Shown here in pieces: positions 1-11,280 of a stretch of 64,000 bases of DNA (position 1 is the first letter of the stretch; each line of letters opens with the position of its first letter). The notes below the pieces were generated by a model. That model searched no databases, was not told the origin of the DNA, and saw nothing but the letters and a program-made list of their open reading frames with translations. The DNA is from an uncultured Collinsella sp. (lineage in GTDB: Bacteria > Actinomycetota > Coriobacteriia > Coriobacteriales > Coriobacteriaceae), in NCBI GenBank assembly GCA_902493855.1, contig CABUQV010000005.1, positions 5,962 through 69,961 on the forward strand. Direction: 5' to 3'. A program made the position numbers and the translations under genes.

Positions 1-66
1 AGGAGCGCAGCGTACTTTGGGTACGCAAGCGACGGTTTGAGGGGCAAGATCCGGCACCTGAGGAAG

Positions 67-1230
67 CTAGAGGGTTTCGATGAAGGCGGCGATGCGAGTC
101 TCGATCTGGCCCATGTCGCCATTGCTGTAGTCGGTCTCGATCTTCATGTACGGAATACCCGCACCCTCGACGGCCTCCTGCATGCGCGCACTCTCCACAT
201 TAAAGGTGTGGCAGGCCTGGAGCACGTTTTCGACCACGCCATCGACGTGATACTTCTCGCACATGGCCAGTGTATTTTCCATGCGACCGTCGTTGGGCGT
301 CATGACCGAGCAGTTGATGTCCAGGTAGCGGTCGGCGATGGCGCGCAGGATGTCGGGAGCCTCCGGATCGATCATCATGGCCGCCGCGCGCTCGCCCGAA
401 CAGTCGTCCATGCACACGACCACACCGCCGTTGGACTCGATGGTGCGACCGATCTTGTTGATCACACCGCCCACCGGGCAACCGGTGATCAGAATGCGCT
501 TGGCATCCGCCGCAACCGGGCGCTCGCCCGCGTCGTAGGCCTCGCGCAGCTTGACAACCTTTTGCTCCAGCTGCTGCGTATAGGCCTCGATATCAAAGCT
601 GAACGTACCGGCAAACATGGTGCTCATCAGGTCGACGCCGCTCATGGCCGCCGGCTGGTTGGCCTGCAGCGCAAACATCTCGAGTTGGGCGGCACGCAGG
701 CGATTACGACGACGGACAGCGGCGCGCAGGTCGTCATCGGTGATCGTAATACCGTAGAAGTTCTCGAGCTCCTCCTTAAGCAGACGGCACTCCTCGTACC
801 AGCCCTCACGCTCGTAGGCACGATCGCGACCCTGCGGAAGATGCAGAATGTGCGTGCGCTTGAGCTCGTTGAGTAGCTCGTACATCTTCTTCTTGCCGTC
901 GCAGGTGGTCTCGCCGATGATCATGTCGCTAAAGTACGTAAACGGGCACTTTTGCGAGTAGGCAAAGCCGTAGGTCGACTTGATGAGCGGGCAGAGGTTT
1001 GCCGGCAGCACCTTCTCGGCCTCGGGAATCACCTCATCGGACGTACCGCACAGAGCGACACTTGCGGCCCCCGCGGCATCGATAATCTCGAGCGGCGTAT
1101 AGCTGCACAAAAAGCCGACCAGGCGATTGCCCGCCTGCTTGTAATCCTTGACACGAATAAACGCCGCCTTGCGCTGCTCGTTGAACTCCTCAAACGTGCG
1201 CGGCAACGGCTGCTCAATATTTTCCGACAT
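67..1230 (-). CDS. Double-cubane cluster anaerobic reductase / 2-hydroxyacyl-CoA dehydratase family protein (copy 2)
   Basis: Cys-rich pattern with CPLIKS, TCDGKKK and ACHTF; start moved to MSENIEQ after an AGGAG RBS. Confidence 0.8.
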   Translation of the reverse strand: MSENIEQPLPRTFEEFNEQRKAAFIRVKDYKQAGNRLVGFLCSYTPLEIIDAAGAASVALCGTSDEVIPEAEKVLPANLCPLIKSTYGFAYSQKCPFTYFSDMIIGETTCDGKKKMYELLNELKRTHILHLPQGRDRAYEREGWYEECRLLKEELENFYGITITDDDLRAAVRRRNRLRAAQLEMFALQANQPAAMSGVDLMSTMFAGTFSFDIEAYTQQLEQKVVKLREAYDAGERPVAADAKRILITGCPVGGVINKIGRTIESNGGVVVCMDDCSGERAAAMMIDPEAPDILRAIADRYLDINCSVMTPNDGRMENTLAMCEKYHVDGVVENVLQACHTFNVESARMQEAVEGAGIPYMKIETDYSNGDMGQIETRIAAFIETL

Positions 1231-1267
1231 ATAACTCCTTAACAAACCTTTTGACCAACCGAGGAAA

Positions 1268-1369
1268 CGGCTTTCCCAGGAGCTCGAGGTTGCCGTGAAA
1301 GAGGAACGCCGCGTATTTTGGTACGTAAGCGACGGTTTGAACGGCAAGATCGGGTGCCTGGGGAAGCCG
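1268..1369. repeat. Structured intergenic repeat (long imperfect hairpin); partial second copy at 1-67
   Basis: Arms cggctttcccagg..ttgccgt / acggcaa..cctggggaagccg; 1-67 aligns with 1302-1367. Confidence 0.6.
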
Positions 1370-1384
1370 CCGGAACGGATACCC

Positions 1385-2668
1385 CTAAATGGTTTCCAAG
1401 AAAGCCTCGATCCTGGTTTGCAGTTGGCCGGCATCCTCGCCGGCGTAGTCGGTCGTGATGTGCATAAACGGAATGCCGGCTTCCTCGGCGGCCTTCTCCA
1501 CGGCAAACGACTCCATCTCGTAGAGCGTGCAAAACTGCAGGGCCACGTCGACGATACCGTCGGCATGCAGGTCCTTGGCCATCTGGACAATGTCCTTCAT
1601 ACGCTGGTCGTTGGGCGTAAAGACGGCGCAGTTGATCTTAAAGTAGCGCTCGGCGATGGCGTCGAGCATCTCGTCAACCGTCTCGCCGGACTCGTCGACC
1701 AGGTCCTTGTAGTAGCGCGAGCCTGTGCAGGACTCCTCGCCTACCACAACGCCGCCGGCCTTCTCAATAAGGTTGAACAGCTTCCAGTTGGGCACGGCCA
1801 TGGGCGTACCGGTGTACAGGATGCGCTTGGTCCCCTTGGGTGCCACGCCCTCGCCGGCCTCGACACGCTGCTCGCACTCAGCCGCCATATCGTTGATGGC
1901 TCCGGTCAGACGAGGCGTGTCGTCCATAAAGGCGGCCTGAACGGTCAGCAGGCTGTCGAGACCGCTGATGGGCGCAGGGTCGGCAGCGCGGGTCGCAGCG
2001 AGGCGCTGCAGGGCGCGGCGCTTCTCATTGACGGCGCGGATGGCGGCCTTCAGACGCTCGGGCGTAATCTTGACGCCGCACTCGTCCTCGATCTTGGCAG
2101 CGAGCTTCTTGACCTCGGCCTTCCAGGTCACGAGCGTCGACTCGTCGTGCACGTTGGGAATATCCATGACGTACATGTTCTTTTGCGTGGCAAAAAACTC
2201 ATAAGCCTTCTTCTTGCCGTCGCAGGTGTTCTCGCCCACCACCAAGTCACTCGACTCAATGTAGGGGCAGACCTCACCCAGCTTAAAGCCGGCAAAGCTC
2301 TTGATAAGCGGACAGGTGTTGCGCGGCAAGTGCTCCTCGACCTTGTCCGTTGCCCAATCGGCACCCGAGCACAGACCAACGGGAATGCCATCGCAGGCGA
2401 GCACAATCTCTTCGGGCACGTAGACGCAGAACGAGCCCACAATCTTGGTGGCCTCGCCAGCCTCCTTCTTGTCGAGCATCTCCTTAATGCGGCCGCTATG
2501 GATGTTGGTGGCCACAAAGTCCAGGTAGGACGTGGACTTGGGGCGATTGTTCTGCGACAGGAACATATCGCCGTACATCTGGCCCACGGCACCCAGCAGC
2601 ATGTCGTGGTCGGCAAGATTCATGCCGAGGCTCTCCCACATCGGATGGAAATCAAATTCTTCAGCCAT
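1385..2668 (-). CDS. Double-cubane cluster anaerobic reductase / 2-hydroxyacyl-CoA dehydratase family protein (copy 1)
   Basis: [15 protein letters not shown] and QFCTLY motifs; paralog of the next gene. Confidence 0.8.
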   Translation of the reverse strand: MAEEFDFHPMWESLGMNLADHDMLLGAVGQMYGDMFLSQNNRPKSTSYLDFVATNIHSGRIKEMLDKKEAGEATKIVGSFCVYVPEEIVLACDGIPVGLCSGADWATDKVEEHLPRNTCPLIKSFAGFKLGEVCPYIESSDLVVGENTCDGKKKAYEFFATQKNMYVMDIPNVHDESTLVTWKAEVKKLAAKIEDECGVKITPERLKAAIRAVNEKRRALQRLAATRAADPAPISGLDSLLTVQAAFMDDTPRLTGAINDMAAECEQRVEAGEGVAPKGTKRILYTGTPMAVPNWKLFNLIEKAGGVVVGEESCTGSRYYKDLVDESGETVDEMLDAIAERYFKINCAVFTPNDQRMKDIVQMAKDLHADGIVDVALQFCTLYEMESFAVEKAAEEAGIPFMHITTDYAGEDAGQLQTRIEAFLETI

Positions 2669-3098
2669 AACGGTTCCCCTCTCGAACCAAAAATGAATAG
2701 CTACGGTATTGCTGCACGGTGGGTGGCGAAAACCCAGCCGCGCCTAAACCCGGAATTTTGGGGAACCTGCCTTGCGTTCGGTTATTTAGTTGTGCGTCGT
2801 CTCTCCCGGAGCCGTGAACATACCTGCTCATATGCGACTCCGAGCCATATACAGGGCGCGCGCGGCAACGCGGCGAATGTATGTCGTCTGCGGCATGTGC
2901 GCACCCTCCTTTACAAGTTAAGGTCAACTATATCAACGGTCATCGACCATGCGAACACCGTTGACATTCGTACGACAGCGTCGTGTGCCGTCGTTTAATA
3001 AATTATTATCTTGCTTGATAAGAGTTTGTCATTCCCCATTCGGCGAACGGCAAAAACAAAGCCGCCGAGGCTTATATCCCCGACGGCATTACCCGGCG

Positions 3099-4169
3099 CT
3101 ATCGACAAACCAAATGGATCCTGCTGGCATCAAAATGCATGCGCAGCGTCTCGCCTGCTTGCGGTAGCTCGTCGACAGACATGCCCACTTTGTTGACCTT
3201 CCACTGCAGACGCGTGGGCGCATCGGCCCGCGGCGCATCCAACAGCACCAGGCGCTCAAAACGCGAATCGCTCACTCGGGCCACGTGCAAATCATAGCTG
3301 TTGCGACCCCGCTCCGCGCGATTGTCAACATGGAAGTAGCTTGCGCGAATGCCCAGGCACGCCACGTCGTCGGGCACCTCACGACCCACGTTAAAGGTCA
3401 TGCCCCAATCGAGGGCCTCAACTTCTTCGTCGCCGATCTTGCGCGCCCGGCTTGTGTTCTTGCAGCCCGTCAGGCGCAGTGCCGCCAGCGTCTGCGGACG
3501 GCGGACCACGTCCTCGACGGAGCCGATCTCCTCCACATGCCCGTTATGCATAACGCAGATGCGCTCGCACAGACGGCACGCCTCGTCGATATCGTGGCTC
3601 ACGTAGAGCACGGTGCGGTTGCACACATCGAACAGGTCGAGCATGTTCTGCTCGAGTGCGCTCTTAAGATAGGAATCGAGCGCGCTCATGGGCTCGTCGA
3701 ACATAAAAATGCCCGGATGCGCCGCCACCATGCGCGCAAGCGCCACACGTTGCTGCTGACCGCCCGAGAGTCGCGCGGGATAGCGGTCGGCAAAGTCGGC
3801 CAGGCCGAAAATGCCCAAATAGCACTCGGCAAGCTTTTTGCGCGCCGCGGCGTCGCCCGCGTCCTTTACGCCGGCACATACGTTATCGGCCACCGTCATG
3901 TTGGGAAACAGCTGATAGTTTTGGAACAGCAGGGCGCATTTTCGCTCCTGGGGCGATAGGTTGATGCCCGCGGTCGAATCAAAAAAGGTCGCGCCGTTGA
4001 CGACGATCTTGCCCTCGTCGGGCGTCTCCACACCGGCAATGCAACGCAGTGTGCAGCTCTTGCCACATCCGGAGGCACCGAGCAGCGCCACACGCTCCTC
4101 GCCGGCCTCAAGCTGCATGTCGAGCATAAACCCGGGGTAGTGCTTTTTGATATCCAGAACGAGCGACAT
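3099..4169 (-). CDS. modC: Molybdate ABC transporter ATPase
   Basis: Walker A GASGCGKS, signature LSGGQQQR; operon with modA/modB. Confidence 0.85.
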   Translation of the reverse strand: MSLVLDIKKHYPGFMLDMQLEAGEERVALLGASGCGKSCTLRCIAGVETPDEGKIVVNGATFFDSTAGINLSPQERKCALLFQNYQLFPNMTVADNVCAGVKDAGDAAARKKLAECYLGIFGLADFADRYPARLSGGQQQRVALARMVAAHPGIFMFDEPMSALDSYLKSALEQNMLDLFDVCNRTVLYVSHDIDEACRLCERICVMHNGHVEEIGSVEDVVRRPQTLAALRLTGCKNTSRARKIGDEEVEALDWGMTFNVGREVPDDVACLGIRASYFHVDNRAERGRNSYDLHVARVSDSRFERLVLLDAPRADAPTRLQWKVNKVGMSVDELPQAGETLRMHFDASRIHLVCR

Positions 4170-4172
4170 GGC

Positions 4173-5684
4173 TTATCGACCTCCCTTTGCGGCCGTGTCA
4201 TCGCGCATAAGCTCGGCCAGCGCCTCGCGATCGATACGCAAGGCATCGCCGCCGACTGGGTCGAGCGAATCGGTCTGGCCGCCCAGCTGCTTGGCCTGTT
4301 TGCGCTCCGCGCGGGACAGGCCGCGCTCGCGATACTTTTGCGAATACGCCGTGTACATATTGATGAATAGGATGACCAGGAAGCTGAACGCAATTACGAC
4401 CACGACCCAAAAGAGGGCTACCGATGTGTTGCCGCCCATCCACTCAAAGTAGATGGCGATGGGAATGGTCTGCGTAATACCGGCGTAGTTGCCCGCAAAG
4501 AACAGCGTGCAGCCAAACTCGCCCATCGCGCGGGCAAAGGCGAGCACCGTGCCGGCGGCAATAGAAGGCCAGCCAAGCGGCATCATAAGCTTGGTAAAGA
4601 TGCGACGCTCGGACCATCCCAGCGTGCGCGCCGCATCGAGCATCTGTGTGTCGAGGCTCTCGAAGGCTCCGAGTGCCGTACGATAGACGAGCGGGAACGA
4701 CACCACCACGGCAGATATCACCGCCGCGGGCCACGTAAAGACGATTGAGATGCCGTGCGCGATAAGCCACTGTCCAACACTGGTCGAGCGACCAAACAGC
4801 ATAAGCAACAAAAAGCCGCAGACCGTGGGCGGCAGCACCATAGGGATGGTAAAGACCGAGTCGAGCAGGCCCTTGATGCGGCTCGAGGTACCCATAGTCT
4901 TCCACGCGGCGAACAGGCCCAGCGCAAAGGAGATCAGCAGGGCAAGGCCGCTCGTTTTTATGGACACCCAAAACGGGCGATAGTCGATGTCGCACAAAAA
5001 GGAGGTCAGAGAGGTCCAGGGCCCCTGCTCATCCCGCAATACGACAGACGATGCCTCTACCATTTGAGCGCTATCAAGCCAACGCGCGCCGCCCTTGGCA
5101 TCACCCGAGGCTGATGCAATCACCACATAGCGGTCCCCATCCGCACCGCGCTCGTCAAAGCCATAGGTATACCCGCCGGAATCAAACGTTGTTTCCGCCG
5201 TGACATACCAAGGAAGATCCACGTCCCCCAGCTGCGCACCTCCCATGCAGTTTGCGCTGTCGAGCTTACAGACGAGGGCCTTGAGACCCGATACGCACTC
5301 GTTGTCCTGCGGATCCAATCCATACTTCTCGACCGCCTTGGGCGATATCCACACCACAACGCGGTCGGCAGCGGGCGCCGCTACAAGGTCCACGTCCTCG
5401 TCAACGGGAAACCGGTAGCCCTCAGGCTGGCCCTCCATGTCACGAGCGGTCCCCTTGGCCAACCGCTCAAAACCCTCGATCCCATAGGAAAGCCCATGAG
5501 CGGTCGCAGCAACCTGGGCCCCGTCCTCAGCGTTCCCAGCAAACGCAAATCCCGGCACCCAGCAAAGCGCGAAGGTCAAAGCACAGGCGACAAGCATGCG
5601 GAATCTATTTAGCACGAAAAGCTCCAAGCGAATACAAGGACGGAGTGAAACACAAAACGATGGAATTATCGCGCCAAGCCGCAC
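4173..5684 (-). CDS. modB: Molybdate ABC permease with long N-terminal extension (start uncertain)
   Basis: PMVLPPTV and RAMGEFG motifs in the C-terminal half. Confidence 0.8.
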   Translation of the reverse strand: MRLGAIIPSFCVSLRPCIRLELFVLNRFRMLVACALTFALCWVPGFAFAGNAEDGAQVAATAHGLSYGIEGFERLAKGTARDMEGQPEGYRFPVDEDVDLVAAPAADRVVVWISPKAVEKYGLDPQDNECVSGLKALVCKLDSANCMGGAQLGDVDLPWYVTAETTFDSGGYTYGFDERGADGDRYVVIASASGDAKGGARWLDSAQMVEASSVVLRDEQGPWTSLTSFLCDIDYRPFWVSIKTSGLALLISFALGLFAAWKTMGTSSRIKGLLDSVFTIPMVLPPTVCGFLLLMLFGRSTSVGQWLIAHGISIVFTWPAAVISAVVVSFPLVYRTALGAFESLDTQMLDAARTLGWSERRIFTKLMMPLGWPSIAAGTVLAFARAMGEFGCTLFFAGNYAGITQTIPIAIYFEWMGGNTSVALFWVVVVIAFSFLVILFINMYTAYSQKYRERGLSRAERKQAKQLGGQTDSLDPVGGDALRIDREALAELMRDDTAAKGGR

Positions 5685-6562
5685 TACGCGGAAAGCTCAA
5701 AGCCGTACTTGGCCCAAATCTTCTGAGCCTTCTTGTTGGACAGGCAGAAGTCGATGAACGCCTTGGCCTCGTCGGCGTGCTCGGAGCCCTCGGCAACGGC
5801 ACCCGGGTACACGATGGGCTTGTGCGAATCCTCGGGGCACACGAAGGCCTCCTCGATGCCGTCGTAGCGGAAGATATCGGAGCTGTAGACAAAACCGGCT
5901 ACGCAGTCGCCCGTAGAGACGTAAGACGCAGCGGTGCCGACCTTATCGGCCAGAGCGACCTTGTCGGCGATCTCGGGGGCATACTCGCCGTCGTCGCCCT
6001 CGGTACCGGTATAGAGCCCCACGGAAGTCAGCGCCTGGTTGGCGTACTTGCCGGCGGGGACGGTCTTGGCGTCGCCAATGGCAATCTTGCCTTCCAGGTT
6101 CGCAACGTCGGCAATGGCCTCGATCTTGGTGTCGGAGCCCTCGGCGCGAATAATCACGAGGTCGTTGACGAACATGTCCTCGCGCGTATCGGCGTCGACG
6201 AGCTCGGCGGCTTCGGCGTCGTCCATGGTGCCCTTGGAGGCTGTGATGAGCACGTCGGCGGCGGCACCGGCGCGCATCTGCTCGACAAGGTCGCCAGACG
6301 CCTTAAACTGCGTGTCTGCAAACGTGGTGCCGGTCTGCTCTGTGTAGAGCTCCTGAACCTCGGGCAGAGCCTTCTCGAGCGAGTTGGCGGCAAAGACCTG
6401 CAGCTCGACAGCCTTCTTGGAAGATGCCTTAGCAGAACCGACATCGGATCCGGCCGGCTCGGACGTCTTGCCGCCCGAGCAGCCGGCAAGACCAAGGCTG
6501 GCAGCGGCGACAGCAGAAAGCGAGACGAATCCGCGGCGAGAAACCATATCGAACATATTCAA
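5684..6562 (-). CDS. modA: Molybdate-binding lipoprotein
   Basis: FAANSL, ASGDL, VPAGKYA; SRRGF Tat-like signal and LAGC lipobox. Confidence 0.9.
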   Translation of the reverse strand: MNMFDMVSRRGFVSLSAVAAASLGLAGCSGGKTSEPAGSDVGSAKASSKKAVELQVFAANSLEKALPEVQELYTEQTGTTFADTQFKASGDLVEQMRAGAAADVLITASKGTMDDAEAAELVDADTREDMFVNDLVIIRAEGSDTKIEAIADVANLEGKIAIGDAKTVPAGKYANQALTSVGLYTGTEGDDGEYAPEIADKVALADKVGTAASYVSTGDCVAGFVYSSDIFRYDGIEEAFVCPEDSHKPIVYPGAVAEGSEHADEAKAFIDFCLSNKKAQKIWAKYGFELSA

Positions 6563-6759
6563 CCCTTTCGGACCTTGTGCCCGGGTACCCCACCGCGGGC
6601 TATAATCTGCAATCAGATTATACTTTCGCGCGAATAATGATAGTGAGAAATTATTCTCGTCAGAGAATATAGTTTCGAGTTAGCGTACACCTCGGTGTCG
6701 CTTCGGTGGAAAACAAAAGCGGAGCAGCCGTTCAGGTCGCCCCGCCGCAGGTAAACCGC

Positions 6760-7239
6760 TTAGTTGGTATGTCCGCCGCCCGCTGTCATCTGAGCCGCAT
6801 GCTCCAGCTGGTCCGCTATGGCCTCCCAGCTTTCGCGAGCGGCCTTTGTAGAACCGGGAAAGTTTACGACAAGTGTATGACCTCGTTGCATGCAAATAGC
6901 GCGCGAGAGCATGGCGCGGCGCGTCTTGGTCATCGAGTACGCGCGAATCGCCTCTGCAATACCCGGCACATCGCGGTCGCAGACGGCACGCGTCGCCTCG
7001 GGCGTCACATCGCGCATCGAAAGCCCCGTGCCGCCGCAGGTGAGCACGACATTGGCGTGGCACTCATCGGCGGCTTCCACAATGGCATCACCAATCTCGC
7101 TGACGTCGTCGCGCACGACCACATGTGATGCGACCGTCCAGCCCTGCGCCGCGATAAGCTCCTTGAGCGTAGCTCCGGCCTCGTCCTGGGCAAGATCACG
7201 CGTATCCGAGCACGTCACAATCGATATCTTCAGCTCCAC
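6760..7239 (-). CDS. MogA/MoaB family molybdopterin biosynthesis protein
   Basis: TCGGTG..RDVTPEA and NFPGS motifs; GTG start after GGAGG. Confidence 0.85.
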   Translation of the reverse strand: MELKISIVTCSDTRDLAQDEAGATLKELIAAQGWTVASHVVVRDDVSEIGDAIVEAADECHANVVLTCGGTGLSMRDVTPEATRAVCDRDVPGIAEAIRAYSMTKTRRAMLSRAICMQRGHTLVVNFPGSTKAARESWEAIADQLEHAAQMTAGGGHTN

Positions 7240-7249
7240 AGCATTCCTC

Positions 7250-8512
7250 CTACAACACGGCGCCCTCGGGCAGGTCGACGCGAACAACGTCCACGACATC
7301 TCCTGCCTTGAGCTCGCACGGTCCTTCGTCAATACGCAGCAGGCAGTTGGCCCGCTGCATCGTGCCGAGCAGCGCCGAATTCTGCGTCTTGGCCTCGGCC
7401 ACCATCAGCTCACCGGTCTTGGGGTCGCGCAAAACCGTGGCGCGATCGAAGAAGCGTCGGTCCTGGCGCTTTTTCACACCGTGGGTAAGAGCCGCTCGTT
7501 GCACGGGACGCGCCCCCTCGGCAAAACCACGCATCTTGCGAATCGCCGGGCGGGCGAGCATCTCAAAGCCCACATACGCCGCCGCGGGATTGCCCGAAAG
7601 CCCCAGATACGGCTTACCCCCGAGCAAGCCAAACGTGATGGCCTTGCCCGGACGCATCGAAATGCGATCGAACAGCACCTCGCCCTCGCGCTGGACCAGC
7701 GCCGTCACGTAGTCGTAATCGCCCGCCGAGGCGCCACCGCTCGTAATGACAAAATCGCACTCCCGCACAGCGCGATGCACCAGCTCGGCAATCGCCTGCT
7801 CATCATCGGGCGCAATGCCGTAGAACACGGGCTCGGCTCCCGCATCGAGTGCTTCGGCCATCAACGCCGACGAATTGGAGTCGCGAATCTGCCCGCGCGC
7901 CGGCACGTTCCTCGGTGCGACCAGTTCCGTCCCCAGGGAGATAATGCCCACACGTGGGGCAGCGTGCACCTTCACGCTCGCGTATCCGGCGCTTGCCAGC
8001 AGGCCCGCGCCCGCCGGAGCCACAACCTCGCCAGCGCGCATCACGACGTCGCCGGCATGGGCCTCCTCGGCGGCAGAGCGAACGTTCTCCCCTACCTTGG
8101 CCGGCGCCGAGAAGCGAACGTGCGAGCCCTCGTTGCCGTCGCCATCAAGCACGTCGACGATCTCGTACTTCACCACGGCATCGGCACCTTCGGGTACCGG
8201 CGCGCCCGTCATGATGCGGACTGTCTCGCCCGTGCCGATTGTGCCCTCAAACACATGGCCCGCGGCCTCGTGTCCGATAACGTCGAGCGTCACCGGCGCC
8301 TCGCCAGATGCCTGCGCCAAGTCCGCCGCGCGCACGGCATACCCGTCCATGGCGCTGTTAGCAAATGGCGAAATGTCGATATCGGCCACCGCGTCCTCGG
8401 CCAAAGGAAGACCGGCGGCCTGCCACACGGGAATCTCGACGAGATCGGTCGGAGCAACGTGCGACAGAACAATCGACTGCGCGTCCTCCAGCGGAATGAG
8501 TTTCTCTGCCAT
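7250..8512 (-). CDS. moeA: Molybdopterin molybdotransferase
   Basis: SAMDGYA, RIMTGAPVP, GLSGNP motifs. Confidence 0.9.
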   Translation of the reverse strand: MAEKLIPLEDAQSIVLSHVAPTDLVEIPVWQAAGLPLAEDAVADIDISPFANSAMDGYAVRAADLAQASGEAPVTLDVIGHEAAGHVFEGTIGTGETVRIMTGAPVPEGADAVVKYEIVDVLDGDGNEGSHVRFSAPAKVGENVRSAAEEAHAGDVVMRAGEVVAPAGAGLLASAGYASVKVHAAPRVGIISLGTELVAPRNVPARGQIRDSNSSALMAEALDAGAEPVFYGIAPDDEQAIAELVHRAVRECDFVITSGGASAGDYDYVTALVQREGEVLFDRISMRPGKAITFGLLGGKPYLGLSGNPAAAYVGFEMLARPAIRKMRGFAEGARPVQRAALTHGVKKRQDRRFFDRATVLRDPKTGELMVAEAKTQNSALLGTMQRANCLLRIDEGPCELKAGDVVDVVRVDLPEGAVL

Positions 8513-8722
8513 GTGCACCTCTTAATGCTACGGCGTACAACAGTGGCGCCGGTTCTTTATGCTTGTCTCAGTATAATCCCCCGACGCACGACCGCGACTC
8601 GGCCTGTACCCGCAAATACACCTGTCGGTTGCAGGCCGCGAAACAGAATAGAAACCAACCCACCGGCTCGTCGCGTTTACCGCGTTTTATAATGCTTGCG
8701 TTGCAACCTAAAAGAGGAACGT

Positions 8723-10144
8723 ATGGCTCATAACGACAAACCCGAAAGCGCAAACGAGGCGCAGGATCATTCCCAACCGCTCGACGACGGCGGCTTTTTC
8801 TCCCTTAACGACGTGATCACGGCAGGCAGGCAACAGCTCACCCGCTCCGAGCATCTCTTGGCTGCCGACACGCGCCGCAACGCCCGTAACCTACTCGCGA
8901 GCGCCAAGTTGCTCGTGCTCGTCGTCATCGTCTCGCTCGCCATGGGCGTTGCCGCTTGGGCGTTTTTGGCCTCGTTGAATATCGCGACCGACTATCGCGA
9001 GCACCATGCATGGATTTACGCGCTGCTTCCCGTTGTGGGTGTGGCCACCGCATGGGTGTACAAAAACCACGGCCTTGCCGCCAAACGCGGCAACAACCTG
9101 GTCATCGATTCCGCCTTGGGCACCCGCCTCATCCATATGCGCATGGCCGTCCTCACCTTCGTCTGCTCCACTCTCACGCACCTAACGGGCGGATCGGCCG
9201 GTCGCGAGGGAGCCGCGGTGCAGATTGGCGGCACCATCGCCAGCAACATCTCGAGCCTCGCCCACCTCAAAAAGCATGACCACCACGACCTCATGCTCGC
9301 CGGCATCTCGTCGGCCTTTGGCGCCGTGTTCGGCTCGCCCCTTGCCGGCGCGTTCTTTGGCATGGAGATGTGCTTTATCGGCAAAATCGACTACACCGCG
9401 GGGATCTACTGCCTGGTCGCCTCGTTTACCGGCTACTTTACATCGCTTGCCCTGGGTACCGAGTACGAGGCGAATGTCATCGCCAGCGTTCCCACCATGA
9501 CGCCCAAAACGGTCGTCATCGTTGTTATCAGCGCCATTATCTTCGGTCTGACGGCACGCCTCTTTGCCTGGTCGGTTCGAACCGTCAAGAGCCTGTACGG
9601 TCGCTTTATCACCAATTACCTTGCTCGCGCACTCGTGGGCGCGCTCGTGGTTTTGGCCGCCTATGCCCTCCTCGACGCCTGGAACTACGCCGGCCTTTCC
9701 ACGTGGCTTTCCGGCGCCGGATTTGCGGGCAACACCACCCTGGCGGACGCAGCCATCAAGTTGGTCGTCACAGCGCTTACCCTGGGCGCGGGCTTCCAAG
9801 GCGGCGAGGTCACGCCCCTGTTTGGCATCGGTGCGGCACTCGGTGGCTGGATCGGCCGCCTCGTCGGAATCGACCCCAGCTTTCTGGCGGCGCTGGGCAT
9901 GCTCGGCGTCTTCTGCGCCGGCCTTAACGTGCCCATCACCACCTGTATGATGGCCATCGACCTGTTCCACGGCACGGCCGCCGGGTTCTTTGTCATCGTG
10001 GCGTTTATCAGCTATCTCGCCGGCGGCCACCGCGGCGTGTATCCCGCCCAGCGCATCATCTCACCCAAGCGCCGCTCGCTTATTGTGGACGAGGGCGGCA
10101 CGGTGGCAGAGGCTATCGAGCGTCACAACGACCTGATAGAGTAG
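8723..10144 (+). CDS. CLC-family anion transporter, probably fluoride/H+ (CLC-F clade)
   Basis: GNNLV, GREGA and GGEVTP motifs; many TM helices. Confidence 0.8.
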   Translation: MAHNDKPESANEAQDHSQPLDDGGFFSLNDVITAGRQQLTRSEHLLAADTRRNARNLLASAKLLVLVVIVSLAMGVAAWAFLASLNIATDYREHHAWIYALLPVVGVATAWVYKNHGLAAKRGNNLVIDSALGTRLIHMRMAVLTFVCSTLTHLTGGSAGREGAAVQIGGTIASNISSLAHLKKHDHHDLMLAGISSAFGAVFGSPLAGAFFGMEMCFIGKIDYTAGIYCLVASFTGYFTSLALGTEYEANVIASVPTMTPKTVVIVVISAIIFGLTARLFAWSVRTVKSLYGRFITNYLARALVGALVVLAAYALLDAWNYAGLSTWLSGAGFAGNTTLADAAIKLVVTALTLGAGFQGGEVTPLFGIGAALGGWIGRLVGIDPSFLAALGMLGVFCAGLNVPITTCMMAIDLFHGTAAGFFVIVAFISYLAGGHRGVYPAQRIISPKRRSLIVDEGGTVAEAIERHNDLIE

Positions 10145-10231
10145 ACGTTAGTATTCGCCGTGCAGCCACAATCGGGGGCAATTCGACCTGAGCGCGACCG
10201 CACCGTCACGTCATACGCCAGGAGTCGCCCC

Positions 10232-11194
10232 ATGCACGCAACTGATTTTGGTCGCACGCTCATCATCGCCAACCCCACCGCCCAGTCGGGTGCGGCGCGC
10301 GAAGTCGCTGAGCGCCTGCAGCGCTTTTTGGACATGACTGCACGCGCATCCCAGTTTGACCTGGTGCTGACCGAGCGCATGGGACACGCCAAGGAGCTGG
10401 CCGCCCAGGCTCAGGGCTATCGCACCGTTATCGCGCTTGGCGGTGACGGCGTAATCCACGAGGTCGTCAACGGGCTTATGACGCAAAAGGAGGACGCACG
10501 CCCCGCTCTTGCCGTCCTGCCCGTGGGCTCCGGCAACGATTTTGCCCAGACGCTCGGCATCGACGATTTCTCCGGCAAAGATTTTGGCGCGCTGCTCACC
10601 TGCGAGCTGCAGCGTCAGGACATCGGGCGCATTCGCTCGTGGAGCCCTGCGAGCGGCAGCGGCGAGGCTGCCGTTGAGTACTACGATCAGACGCTTTCGG
10701 TCGGCATCGATGCCGCCATTGGCCTGGGCACCACCGAGCTGCGCAAAAAGACCGGCTTGACGGGCGCTCCGCTCTACACCCTCTCGGGACTTGAGCAGTT
10801 TGGTCTGCGCTACCGCAACTACCCCATGACCATCAGCTTTGATGGCGCGCCCGCCGAGCGCGTGCGCGCGATTATCATGGCCATCCAGCTGGGACCCACC
10901 TATGGTTCGGGCTATCGCATCTGTCCCGACGCCGACCCCTGCGACGGCATGCTCGACGTCTGCTACGCCTGCGGCCCCGTCCCTCGCGCGGTAGCCCTGC
11001 CTATGTTCCTTTCGGCCAAGGACGGCCACCATACCAAGTTGCCGCCGGTTCGCATGCGTCGTTGCCGTCACGCCGCGCTCACCTTTGAGGAGCCCGACTA
11101 CCCCATTCAGGCCGACGGCGAGCCCATCGTCGCCTCGCGCATCGAGGTCGACGTCCTCGGCGGAGCCCTCCACGTCTGGCGCCCCACCCGCTAA
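10232..11194 (+). CDS. Diacylglycerol/lipid kinase family protein
   Basis: NP..SG, GGDG, GSGNDFA, QADGE motifs. Confidence 0.85.
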   Translation: MHATDFGRTLIIANPTAQSGAAREVAERLQRFLDMTARASQFDLVLTERMGHAKELAAQAQGYRTVIALGGDGVIHEVVNGLMTQKEDARPALAVLPVGSGNDFAQTLGIDDFSGKDFGALLTCELQRQDIGRIRSWSPASGSGEAAVEYYDQTLSVGIDAAIGLGTTELRKKTGLTGAPLYTLSGLEQFGLRYRNYPMTISFDGAPAERVRAIIMAIQLGPTYGSGYRICPDADPCDGMLDVCYACGPVPRAVALPMFLSAKDGHHTKLPPVRMRRCRHAALTFEEPDYPIQADGEPIVASRIEVDVLGGALHVWRPTR

Positions 11195-11201
11195 CCCCAC
11201 C

Positions 11202-11272
11202 TAAGTTGCGGTGAAATAGGGACTGTTTATGCATCTAAAGCCTAAAAACATCCCCTATTTCACCGCAACTTA
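11202..11272. repeat. ~68-bp palindromic REP-like element, copy 1
   Basis: taagttgcggtgaaataggg...ccctatttcaccgcaactta. Confidence 0.8.
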
Positions 11273-11280
11273 TGAGGAGG

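Noticed and set aside
2669..3000. Possible Moco or other riboswitch upstream of the reductases
   Set aside because: No consensus I could match confidently
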